A stretch of 64,000 nucleotides of DNA from Candidatus Uhrbacteria bacterium (GTDB lineage Bacteria; Patescibacteriota; Patescibacteriia; UBA9934). The notes below the pieces were generated by a model. It was given only the letters and a program-made list of their open reading frames with translations, made no database searches and was not told where the DNA came from. Below are positions 56,577 to 64,000 of this stretch, piece by piece. How positions within the stretch are numbered: the stretch's first letter is position 1; each line of letters starts with the position of its first letter. The stretch covers positions 4,353 through 68,352 of the forward strand of contig JABJOE010000007.1 of the NCBI GenBank assembly GCA_018664485.1, given 5' to 3'. Both the position numbers and the translations under genes were made by a program.

Positions 56577-57536
56577 ATGGGCGCAACTGCACTTGACGTA
56601 AACTACGCCGCGGGAAATCGACGATCGCAAATGAGATCACGAAACCCGTCACAAGCAAAGCCACGACCACGTGGCCAAGTTATTGACGCCTCATCACGAT
56701 TTACGTCTAACCGAACTCGGAAGCAGGCCGGACGGAACCCGTCTATCTCCGCAGATGTCATTCCACTTAACGCCGCACGGATCCCCGACAAAAAGAATGC
56801 CACCAAAGAACAGGCGCATAAGCGCAAGATGGCATCAAACCGGCATATGGACAAAATGCGTGCCCAGCACTTCGGCCTTCCAAAAGAGCTTGATGACTAT
56901 TCAAGTGACTTGACCGGAGGAGAAATGGACCAAGTTAAGGGATGGTATGGAGATGAGCTTAGAGGTATGGGAATGGACCGACTACTTGAAAAACAACAAG
57001 CTGGAGGACAAGGGTTAGTGCGCAATGCCGTAAACAGAAAAATTGAAAAGCTTAAAGAGCAAGCAAAGGAAAAGGTTAAGAAAAAAGCTAAAGAGGCTTT
57101 CAAAAAAGCGCTTAAAAAAACATTTGCATCTGGTACGAAGAAAACAGTTTGGAGTGCTATCGACCAGGGAGCTGTAGTCGAAGTTGAGGGTGTCGCTATT
57201 GAGACATGGTTCAGCTCAGGTGCCCTTCTAACCTCGTATCAAGGACTGACCGGCGCGCTACACGGTGGAAAACCCTTCATTCCAGAAGGGACAGTTATAT
57301 CCTGGCTAGAACCGCCTCCACTCTCGCACCCATCTGGAAAAGCACCACAAAATGCAGCAGAAAGCCTCGGAATGATGATACAGCTGTATGACCTATTCAT
57401 GTGGCTTCTTATTCCTATATATTGGTTTGCTGTTGTCGCCGTTATTCTTCTTATGCATTTAGCCGTTGCATACACTACATTTATGGTCCTTATGCCAATT
57501 GTAGGGTTCGCTTATCTATTATCTCTCGTTACCTAA
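56577..57536 (+). CDS. hypothetical protein: basic disordered N-terminus, Lys-rich coiled region, two C-terminal TM helices
   Basis: No family was recognised. The start is uncertain, with several in-frame Met. Confidence 0.35.
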   Translation: MGATALDVNYAAGNRRSQMRSRNPSQAKPRPRGQVIDASSRFTSNRTRKQAGRNPSISADVIPLNAARIPDKKNATKEQAHKRKMASNRHMDKMRAQHFGLPKELDDYSSDLTGGEMDQVKGWYGDELRGMGMDRLLEKQQAGGQGLVRNAVNRKIEKLKEQAKEKVKKKAKEAFKKALKKTFASGTKKTVWSAIDQGAVVEVEGVAIETWFSSGALLTSYQGLTGALHGGKPFIPEGTVISWLEPPPLSHPSGKAPQNAAESLGMMIQLYDLFMWLLIPIYWFAVVAVILLMHLAVAYTTFMVLMPIVGFAYLLSLVT

Positions 57537-57539
57537 AAT

Positions 57540-58751
57540 ATGTATTTGTCTCCACGTTCTAAATTTCTACTAATCCTCGTCGGCTTCATCGGTACAGTCA
57601 TTCTAATCGGATGGCTTATTGTAGCTCTTCTATTTCGTGGCAGCCCTGTAATCGAAGAAGAAATTGAAGATGACACTACGCAAGATGAAGATGGTCGTCT
57701 TTCGCTAGCAGACGAAATTGAACAGAGAGAATCACAAGATGAAGACAGTGCAACCGGCCAGTTACCCTCATCAGTTGCAGACGGTGGAGAAACATTCACG
57801 CAGAGGCTTACATCATCTGCTATCACAGAGCCAACTATCATCGGAGATACAATTCTTTTCTATGATCCTCGCGATGGACTGTTTTACATGATCGATAGCA
57901 GTGGAGAGCTTATAGCTATAACCGACCAATCATTTGCGGGAGCAGAGACAGTCACAATTGCCAACTCCGGAACCAAGGCAGCGCTCGAATTCCCTGACGG
58001 CTCAAACATTATCTATGACTTAGAGAGCGGTGAGCAGACTACCCTACCGAGTCACTGGGAAGAATTCGAATTCTCAGAAGATGGAGAAGAGGTAGCAAAC
58101 AAAAGTCTTACCGTTGACTCTAATTCAAACGCACTTATCGTAAGCAGTAGTGAAGGCTCACAAACTCAAGTAGTTGCCGGTCTTGGAAAGAACGAAGCAA
58201 AAGTAACCGTAAGTGTGTCTCCAAACAACAACGTTGTAGCATTTTCCGAAACAGGAGAAACACAATCTGGATTCGGCCGAGCACAAATCTATCTTATCGA
58301 CTACAACGGTGAAGCTATGGGCAGCTTAATCGTTGAAGGTGGAAACTTCTCAGCGATCTGGTCTCCAAGCGGAAACGATATTCTCTACTCAGTGTCACTC
58401 GCATCTGCCGGAGATACACCATCACTCTGGTACACGAATGCTACCGGGTCGGTTGGGTCAGACCGAGAGCGAATTGATTTAAATACATGGGTTGAAAAAT
58501 GTACATTTAAAGACGAGGCAACCATCATATGTGCAGCACCTCGAGAAGTGACAGCAGGATCTGGCCTTGATCACCGACTCATTGATGGTACTGATGATGT
58601 TTATGAGGTAACGCTTGCTACTGGTCGCGTTAAGCTACTTGCATCCCCAGTGCTCGATATTCAGATGGAAAACTTGAGCGTGAGTGACGACGAATCAATT
58701 CTCTATTTCACAGACAGTCTTGGGCGACTTAACTTTATGCGATTAAAATAA
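57540..58751 (+). CDS. membrane-anchored protein with TolB/PD40-like beta-propeller repeats
   Basis: An N-terminal TM helix (LLILVGFIGTVILIGWLIVALLF) is present. The repeated segments 'ALEFPDGSNIIYD', 'VSVSPNNNVVAFSETGE' and 'IWSPSGNDILYSV' resemble PD40 blades. Confidence 0.4.
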   Translation: MYLSPRSKFLLILVGFIGTVILIGWLIVALLFRGSPVIEEEIEDDTTQDEDGRLSLADEIEQRESQDEDSATGQLPSSVADGGETFTQRLTSSAITEPTIIGDTILFYDPRDGLFYMIDSSGELIAITDQSFAGAETVTIANSGTKAALEFPDGSNIIYDLESGEQTTLPSHWEEFEFSEDGEEVANKSLTVDSNSNALIVSSSEGSQTQVVAGLGKNEAKVTVSVSPNNNVVAFSETGETQSGFGRAQIYLIDYNGEAMGSLIVEGGNFSAIWSPSGNDILYSVSLASAGDTPSLWYTNATGSVGSDRERIDLNTWVEKCTFKDEATIICAAPREVTAGSGLDHRLIDGTDDVYEVTLATGRVKLLASPVLDIQMENLSVSDDESILYFTDSLGRLNFMRLK

Positions 58752-58761
58752 ACAGCTCCGT

Positions 58762-59418
58762 ATGGTGGAACGCACGCCTCTCATTTTCCTCATTTTTGCA
58801 GGACTAATCTTCATGGTCTTCGTCATGATGCTTATTTCTGTACTCCCACATCAGACAGTCGTTTTTACAGATGAAGAGGATGAAATATCTGAAGGGATAC
58901 AGGAATATGACCCCGTATTAGGGGACAAAAATGCGCCTATCGTCATCACGCATTATAGTGATTTTCTTTGCGAGTCCTGTGCCGAAACCGCAACTTCCCT
59001 TTCAAATATTGTAGAAGACTATCCAGATGAGATAGCTATCGTCTGGAAGGATTTTCCAAATGTATCAGCTCACCCACTTGCGCCCGGCGCGTCAATCGCG
59101 GCCCGCTGTGCCGGTGAACAAGGAGAGTTCTGGGCTTATCACGACCTTCTGTTCACCTACCAACGAGACATCACAACCGAAACAGCAGCTGAATATTACA
59201 TGCTTATATCTGAAGAACTCGACCTAGGTTCGTGGAGGTTCAATCGCTGTGTAAACAAACAACAAACTTTTGAAGACCTCGAAGCGTCCTATGCCGACGC
59301 CAATGCCTTGGAGTTGACAGCGTCCCCTACAATTACAGTAAACGACGAACGATTCTCCGGATCCATGTCAGAAAATGAAATTCGATCGGTTATATTGAAC
59401 CTTGAACTTACTTTCTAA
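58762..59418 (+). CDS. DsbA-like thiol:disulfide oxidoreductase (thioredoxin fold, CxxC = CESC), membrane-anchored
   Basis: An N-terminal TM helix is present. HYSDFLCESCAETA is the active site. The gene is directly upstream of two Cys-rich secreted proteins. Confidence 0.65.
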   Translation: MVERTPLIFLIFAGLIFMVFVMMLISVLPHQTVVFTDEEDEISEGIQEYDPVLGDKNAPIVITHYSDFLCESCAETATSLSNIVEDYPDEIAIVWKDFPNVSAHPLAPGASIAARCAGEQGEFWAYHDLLFTYQRDITTETAAEYYMLISEELDLGSWRFNRCVNKQQTFEDLEASYADANALELTASPTITVNDERFSGSMSENEIRSVILNLELTF

Positions 59419-60686
59419 TGCGAATCTTCCTACTCACACTACTCCTTCTTATCGTACCGACTTTTGCGTTTGGGGAAGAGCTTTCGGATTGTGATACAGA
59501 TACCGTTCAATGCATTTGTACCCCTGAAGATCTAGAACCAGCAGCGTACCCGTCACCAATAACCGAAACAGAAGACTGTCAAAGTTACTGTTCACTCGTC
59601 CAATCAATTCACCCGGAAGTAACAGGCTACTCAGTTCAATGCTCTATCAGTGGGTCTATTACCACCATTGGTCAAGGAAATTCTGATGGGATCATGAACG
59701 ATGGTTTCAACAACTATTACTATGAAGATCCTCAATTGGGTGTTGAAATTCCTGGCCTTGAATTCTCGGGAGCATACCAAGACGACGATACCTTCGTAAG
59801 TAACTATCTGGGTGAATACGTCGCCGCTGTATACGCCTGGCTTATTCCAACAGCCTCCCTACTAGTTGTCCTTGTTATAATGGTTGGAGGATTGCAATGG
59901 ATGCTCGCGCGCGGTGACTCGGGGCGAATAGGAAAAGCTAAAGAGCGAATCAAGAACGCTGTGACAGGACTAATCCTACTTATGGGTGCCTATACCTTTA
60001 CATATATTGTAGACCCTTCCCTTTCAAGCTTCGATCCATTCACAACAAACCTAGTTGCACAAAAACTTGAAGAAGATACTTCAGGTGCTGGTGAAGGTAT
60101 CTCAGGTGGTGCTATTGCTGCTGACTGTGAAGAAGCTGTTACAAACGCACTGGGATCCGGTGCCTGTACCATGTCGGAATCCCTAGGTTCTCCAACGGGT
60201 GACGTCGTTTCATGTAACTACCACTTTGTAGACAAAAGTTATAACTGGGCTAACATAAACTCTCTAGACTATGTCGGACAGTGGGACTCATCAGTCTACG
60301 CACCTTTTACCGGAACTGTCACTCACTTCTTCGACTCAGCAGGAAACGCTTGCGGAAACGGTATCAAGCTGTCCGGATCAGGTGGTGCTGTATACCTCTG
60401 TCACTTGAAAGACTGGGGTGGAACAACAAGTGGACAATCTGTGAGTAAGGGTGATGTTATTGGGCATGTCGGTGGACGATGCTGCGCAGGTGAAAACCCA
60501 CCGAGCGATTGGTCGGCAGCATCATACTGCACATATACCGGAACAGAGTGTTCAACCGGAAACTCACAGGAGAGTTGTGATTGCCAAGCGTGGGAACAAT
60601 CTGGAAACACGACCGGAGGACATGTACACTTAACATATATCTCAGGCGGAAATATGATTGCCTGTTTTGATGAATCAAACTACTAG
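59418..60686 (+). CDS. secreted Cys-rich protein, paralog A: signal peptide + 8-Cys N-domain + pilin/holin-like double-TM hairpin (…GGLQWMLARGDSGRIGKAKERIKNAVTGLILLMG…) + C-terminal M23 (LytM)-like peptidase domain carrying a ~45-aa Cys-rich insertion
   Basis: The M23-like motifs are YHFVD, GNGIKLSGSGGAVYLCHLKD, GDVIGHVGG and GGHVHLTYI. The insertion RCCAGENPPSDWSAASYCTYTGTECSTGNSQESCDCQAW lies between the last two motifs. The N-terminal and hairpin regions are shared with the next ORF. Confidence 0.5.
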   Translation: MRIFLLTLLLLIVPTFAFGEELSDCDTDTVQCICTPEDLEPAAYPSPITETEDCQSYCSLVQSIHPEVTGYSVQCSISGSITTIGQGNSDGIMNDGFNNYYYEDPQLGVEIPGLEFSGAYQDDDTFVSNYLGEYVAAVYAWLIPTASLLVVLVIMVGGLQWMLARGDSGRIGKAKERIKNAVTGLILLMGAYTFTYIVDPSLSSFDPFTTNLVAQKLEEDTSGAGEGISGGAIAADCEEAVTNALGSGACTMSESLGSPTGDVVSCNYHFVDKSYNWANINSLDYVGQWDSSVYAPFTGTVTHFFDSAGNACGNGIKLSGSGGAVYLCHLKDWGGTTSGQSVSKGDVIGHVGGRCCAGENPPSDWSAASYCTYTGTECSTGNSQESCDCQAWEQSGNTTGGHVHLTYISGGNMIACFDESNY

Positions 60687-60694
60687 ATAATCCT

Positions 60695-61921
60695 ATGCGT
60701 CGTCTACTAATCATTTTATTATTCCCACTTCTATTGCCGACAGCTGTACTGGCTGGCGATTTTGATAGTTGTGACGATACCCCCGTCTGCACCTGTGAGC
60801 CGACAGACTCATATCCTGCAGATTCTGCTGACATTGAAAGTATCGACGATTGCCAAGACCATTGCACTTACTCAGAATCGTTAGATGAAACTATCACTGG
60901 ATATAGCATTCAATGCACAGTCAGTGGAGCTACAACAGTGCTAAGTCAAGGAGAACTTGAATCCATTGACGAAGCGCTTACAGAAATCACGGAAACGTCA
61001 GATCCGGTACTTGGTGTTGAAATTCCAGGCCTTGAATTCTCACCAGCATATACAGACGGAGAGTCCGTTGTAAGTAACTATATTGGAGAATATATTGAAG
61101 CAGTTTACATTTGGATCGTGCCAGTCGCCTCCCTACTTGCCGTACTGGTACTGATGATTGCAGGCATGCAGTACATGCTTGCACGCGGAGACTCCGGGCG
61201 GATTGCAAAAGCAAAAGAACGTGTTAAAAATGCAATTACCGGTGTAGTGCTACTACTTGGGATAGTAACTATGGCGAGCATGGTAGACCCATCTGTCCTC
61301 ACATACGACAGCCTAAAATTATCCTATATTGATGCTGAACAATACGTAGATGAATCGCCTGATACATCCGGATCGGTGGACTTCGGATCAGTATATATCC
61401 CGCCATCAAGCCAAATGCTATGTGACCCACAATATTCTATAAGCGAGATCGCCATGTCAACTGTAGGCTGGGTAACGTATCGATATGGTGGAAAAGGAAC
61501 TGCGCCACCCTATACTGCAGAAACAAAAATAGATCCAAGCGGACGGCCATACAGTGAGTACTGTCCTGACGAAACGCTATGTCTTGATTGTTCTGGATAT
61601 GCTGATTTCATTCGCCAATGTGCCGGTCTCGCTGCCGCAAGTGAATCCGGAGGGACAGCCGCTATATTTGATACTGCAAATGGCGCTGTAGAAATTGATA
61701 CTTGGGATCCGGATGGTACAGTAAACGGGACAGCACTTGTCCCAGGTGACATGATCGGATATCCATCTAGCCACGTCTTGATCTACATCGGAGACGGTAA
61801 CATTGCCGACTCACATGGTTCGGGACGAGAGCCTGGTGAAGCGATTGGAGTGTATGAATTATCATATGGGGTAAACCTCTATCTGTCACAGGGAAAAACT
61901 CCGCTAGTCAGACGAAGGTAA
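60695..61921 (+). CDS. secreted Cys-rich protein, paralog B: same signal peptide/Cys-domain/double-TM hairpin (…AGMQYMLARGDSGRIAKAKERVKNAITGVVLLLG…) + C-terminal NlpC/P60-type cysteine peptidase domain
   Basis: The NlpC/P60 catalytic-Cys context is CLDCSGYADFIRQCAG, and the His context is SHVLIYIGDGNIADSHG. There is about 30-nt near-identity with paralog A around GGTGTTGAAATTCC(A/T)GGCCTTGAATTCTC, encoding LGVEIPGLEFS. Confidence 0.55.
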   Translation: MRRLLIILLFPLLLPTAVLAGDFDSCDDTPVCTCEPTDSYPADSADIESIDDCQDHCTYSESLDETITGYSIQCTVSGATTVLSQGELESIDEALTEITETSDPVLGVEIPGLEFSPAYTDGESVVSNYIGEYIEAVYIWIVPVASLLAVLVLMIAGMQYMLARGDSGRIAKAKERVKNAITGVVLLLGIVTMASMVDPSVLTYDSLKLSYIDAEQYVDESPDTSGSVDFGSVYIPPSSQMLCDPQYSISEIAMSTVGWVTYRYGGKGTAPPYTAETKIDPSGRPYSEYCPDETLCLDCSGYADFIRQCAGLAAASESGGTAAIFDTANGAVEIDTWDPDGTVNGTALVPGDMIGYPSSHVLIYIGDGNIADSHGSGREPGEAIGVYELSYGVNLYLSQGKTPLVRRR

Positions 61922-61934
61922 ATAGATATATTTT

Positions 61935-63215
61935 ATGCTGAATTGTTCAAATTGTGATGCTCAGTATTCGCGCTGGCAAGGACGATGTACGGAATGCGCG
62001 AAGTGGGGCACGATAGCAGACGACACCGGTGGAACTTCAACGAAAAGTAAAAAAGGGGGTGCCACAGCGGCGCCTCTTGTTGATCTTGGAAAAGCTGACG
62101 TCGCTCCTACTGCCCGCGTATCAACTAAGATCCCTGAATGCGATCGTGTGCTTTCAGGGGGCCTTGTGGCTGGATCTGTCACGCTACTTGCCGGTGAACC
62201 CGGTGTCGGTAAGTCAACGCTTGTAGCGCAACTTGCGGCTTCTTTTGCGTCGGATAAAGCTTGTGCGTATTACGTATCGGGTGAAGAGTCCCAAGGACAG
62301 ATTGCAATGCGTCTCAAACGACTTGAGCTAGAACCAAAAAATATAGCTTTCTCAAACTCTGTAGAAATCGATCGAGTTATCGCTACAGCAAAGAAGCTCA
62401 AACCAGCTCTTCTTATAGTTGACTCCATTCAAACTGCCCTACCCCAAGGAGTTGATTCAACCCCTGGAACACCGACTTCTGTACGGGCAGCGACTTCGCA
62501 GTTAATAAGCTATGCCAAAGCGAGCAATGTACCGGTGATTATTATCGGGCAGGTTACAAAAGATGGATCTGTTGCAGGACCTAAAACGCTCGAACATTTA
62601 GTGGACACCGTACTGTCTTTGGAGGGTGATCGAGATAGTTCGTATCGTATACTGCGCGCCGGTAAGCACCGTTTCGGAGGAACGGATGAAATTGGCTTCT
62701 TTGAAATGTCTGGCAAAGGCATGACGTCAATCGATAATCCTTCTGCACGATTCTTGGAAGAACGAACGTCGACTCCTGGGTCTGTCGTTACATGCCTAAT
62801 GGAAGGTACTCGTCCGATACTTGTTGAGATACAAGCACTTGTAGAAAAAAGTACATTCGCAAACCCAATTCGCCGAACATCCGGATATGACGCGACACGA
62901 TTACAGATGCTCATAGCTATTATCAACAAGCGAACAAAGCACAATGTTGGAAACCAGGATGTCTACGTTAATGTTGTGGGTGGAATCAAAATAAAAGAGC
63001 ACGCCGCCGACCTTGCTGTCTGCGCCGCGATCATATCGTCCGTTACCGACAAAGCATTGAGCAAAGAAATTGCCGTCTTTGGCGAGCTTGGACTTGGGGG
63101 TGAAGTCAGGTCAGTGCCTTATTTGGAAAAACGTGTAAAAGAAGCTGATCGACTTGGTTTCAAAAGACCGCTATCTCCAAAGAACATTAAACAGCTCAGC
63201 GAGTTTTCACTGTAA
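61935..63215 (+). CDS. radA: DNA repair protein RadA/Sms
   Basis: The N-terminal C4 zinc finger (CSNCDAQYSRWQGRCTEC), Walker A GEPGVGKST, a KNRFG-type motif (KHRFG) and a C-terminal Lon-like domain are present. Confidence 0.9.
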   Translation: MLNCSNCDAQYSRWQGRCTECAKWGTIADDTGGTSTKSKKGGATAAPLVDLGKADVAPTARVSTKIPECDRVLSGGLVAGSVTLLAGEPGVGKSTLVAQLAASFASDKACAYYVSGEESQGQIAMRLKRLELEPKNIAFSNSVEIDRVIATAKKLKPALLIVDSIQTALPQGVDSTPGTPTSVRAATSQLISYAKASNVPVIIIGQVTKDGSVAGPKTLEHLVDTVLSLEGDRDSSYRILRAGKHRFGGTDEIGFFEMSGKGMTSIDNPSARFLEERTSTPGSVVTCLMEGTRPILVEIQALVEKSTFANPIRRTSGYDATRLQMLIAIINKRTKHNVGNQDVYVNVVGGIKIKEHAADLAVCAAIISSVTDKALSKEIAVFGELGLGGEVRSVPYLEKRVKEADRLGFKRPLSPKNIKQLSEFSL

Positions 63216-63277
63216 TAAAATAAGTCGCTCCCTATTTTTGCGGAACGACTTATTTAATAATCGCTTCAATAACCTTC

Positions 63278-64000
63278 CTATTCAAAGTGAATTTCGTCTA
63301 CGTATTCTAAAACGCGTTGTTTCAAAAGTGGCCACATGTTCAAATCTGGATCTTCGTCGAGTATATCCTTCGCTTCATCTCGAGCGGCAGCGATCAAGTC
63401 AACGTCAGCGTATGATCCAAGCTTAAACGCTTCAAACCCTGACTGAGATGTTCCAAAAATATTTCCAGGACCACGCAATCGTAAATCCTGATCGGCAAGC
63501 ATAAAACCGTTCTGAGTCTGCACTACGGCCTGGAGCCGTTTTTTTGCAAGATCAGAAAGTTCGCCAGACGGATGTAGGAAACAGAAACTTTCATACTCTC
63601 CTCGCCCTACTCGTCCACGCAACTGGTGAAGCTGAGCCAACCCAAACCGCTCAGCACCCTCAATAAACATTACCGTAGCATTTGGAACATCCACTCCAAC
63701 TTCCACAACGGTCGTAGAGATAACCATATCCAAATCGCCAGACACGAACTTCGCCATGATCTCATCCTTTTCTTTTGATTTTAGCTTTCCATGAAGCATT
63801 CCAATGTTGTAAGCAGCAAACGGCTTTGCGTTATACAAACTATAAACTTCATTCACTGACTGCACACCAAGCGCATCAGACTCCTCAATAAGCGGACATA
63901 CAACAAAAACCTGTCTACCCTCATCCATTTCATCTCGCATCTTCTCGTAGAACTCTTCTTCTTTATTTGGGAGCACAATTCGTGTTTCGATCGCCTTACG
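63278..64000 (-). CDS. recG: ATP-dependent DNA helicase RecG, C-terminal portion (gene continues beyond window end)
   Basis: The helicase C-terminal motifs TTVVEVGVDVPNATVMFIEGAERFGLAQLHQLRGRVGRG are present. The ORF is open at the window edge. Confidence 0.8.
   Translation of the reverse strand, partial: RKAIETRIVLPNKEEEFYEKMRDEMDEGRQVFVVCPLIEESDALGVQSVNEVYSLYNAKPFAAYNIGMLHGKLKSKEKDEIMAKFVSGDLDMVISTTVVEVGVDVPNATVMFIEGAERFGLAQLHQLRGRVGRGEYESFCFLHPSGELSDLAKKRLQAVVQTQNGFMLADQDLRLRGPGNIFGTSQSGFEAFKLGSYADVDLIAAARDEAKDILDEDPDLNMWPLLKQRVLEYVDEIHFE

Noticed and set aside
1-64000. CRISPR arrays, rRNA or tRNA genes, IS elements or integrases
   Set aside because: No regularly spaced short direct repeats, no rRNA-like or tRNA cloverleaf signatures, and no transposase- or integrase-like ORFs were seen. 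The only repeat pair (19341/19521) has two copies and no array structure.

Overview
This 64-kb window is a compact, low-GC (about 43-46% by eye) bacterial chromosome segment. Most of it is housekeeping genes on both strands. The gene content and the synteny breaks suggest a small-genome bacterium, possibly of the CPR/Patescibacteria type; that is an inference only. Standard genetic code applies, because the long ORFs are intact with UGA as stop. No rRNA, tRNA or CRISPR array is evident.

Recognisable genes include an ECF sigma factor with a DUF5667-type partner, rpmE, prfA-prmC, rplY/ctc, a SEDS protein (FtsW/RodA), gyrB, secE-nusG-rplK-[inserted ORF]-rplA, gatB, a NUDIX hydrolase, miaA, thrS, dnaE, pheST, rseP, murI, lemA-htpX, a clpC-like gene, radA and the 3' part of recG. 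A contiguous thymidylate module is present: dcd, dCMP deaminase, a DHFR-like gene, a tandem-domain thyX, dut and tmk.

The accessory or unusual content is as follows.
- A cell-surface cluster: a GH-like plus FG-GAP secreted protein, a large anchored surface protein, a DUF1704 protein, two GT4 glycosyltransferases and a Wzy/O-antigen-ligase-like protein.
- Abutting that cluster, a strongly high-GC gene (about 60% GC) for an 836-aa secreted Asp/Cys-rich repeat protein of the myxobacterial MopE-like 'DNDCDG' type. Its codon usage is foreign to the rest of the window.
- Several other GC-rich patches. Two look like structured RNAs: a promoter- and terminator-bounded RNA of about 315 nt with RNase P-like motifs, and a leader of about 320 nt upstream of thyX that carries a duplicated 21-nt motif.
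- A candidate T-box leader upstream of thrS.
- Most system-like of all: a DsbA-like oxidoreductase followed by two paralogous secreted Cys-rich proteins. Each has a conserved pilin/holin-like double-TM hairpin (W-M-L-A-R-G-D-S-G-R-I-x-K-A-K-E-R) and a different C-terminal peptidoglycan-hydrolase domain. One is M23 with a Cys-rich insertion and the other is NlpC/P60.
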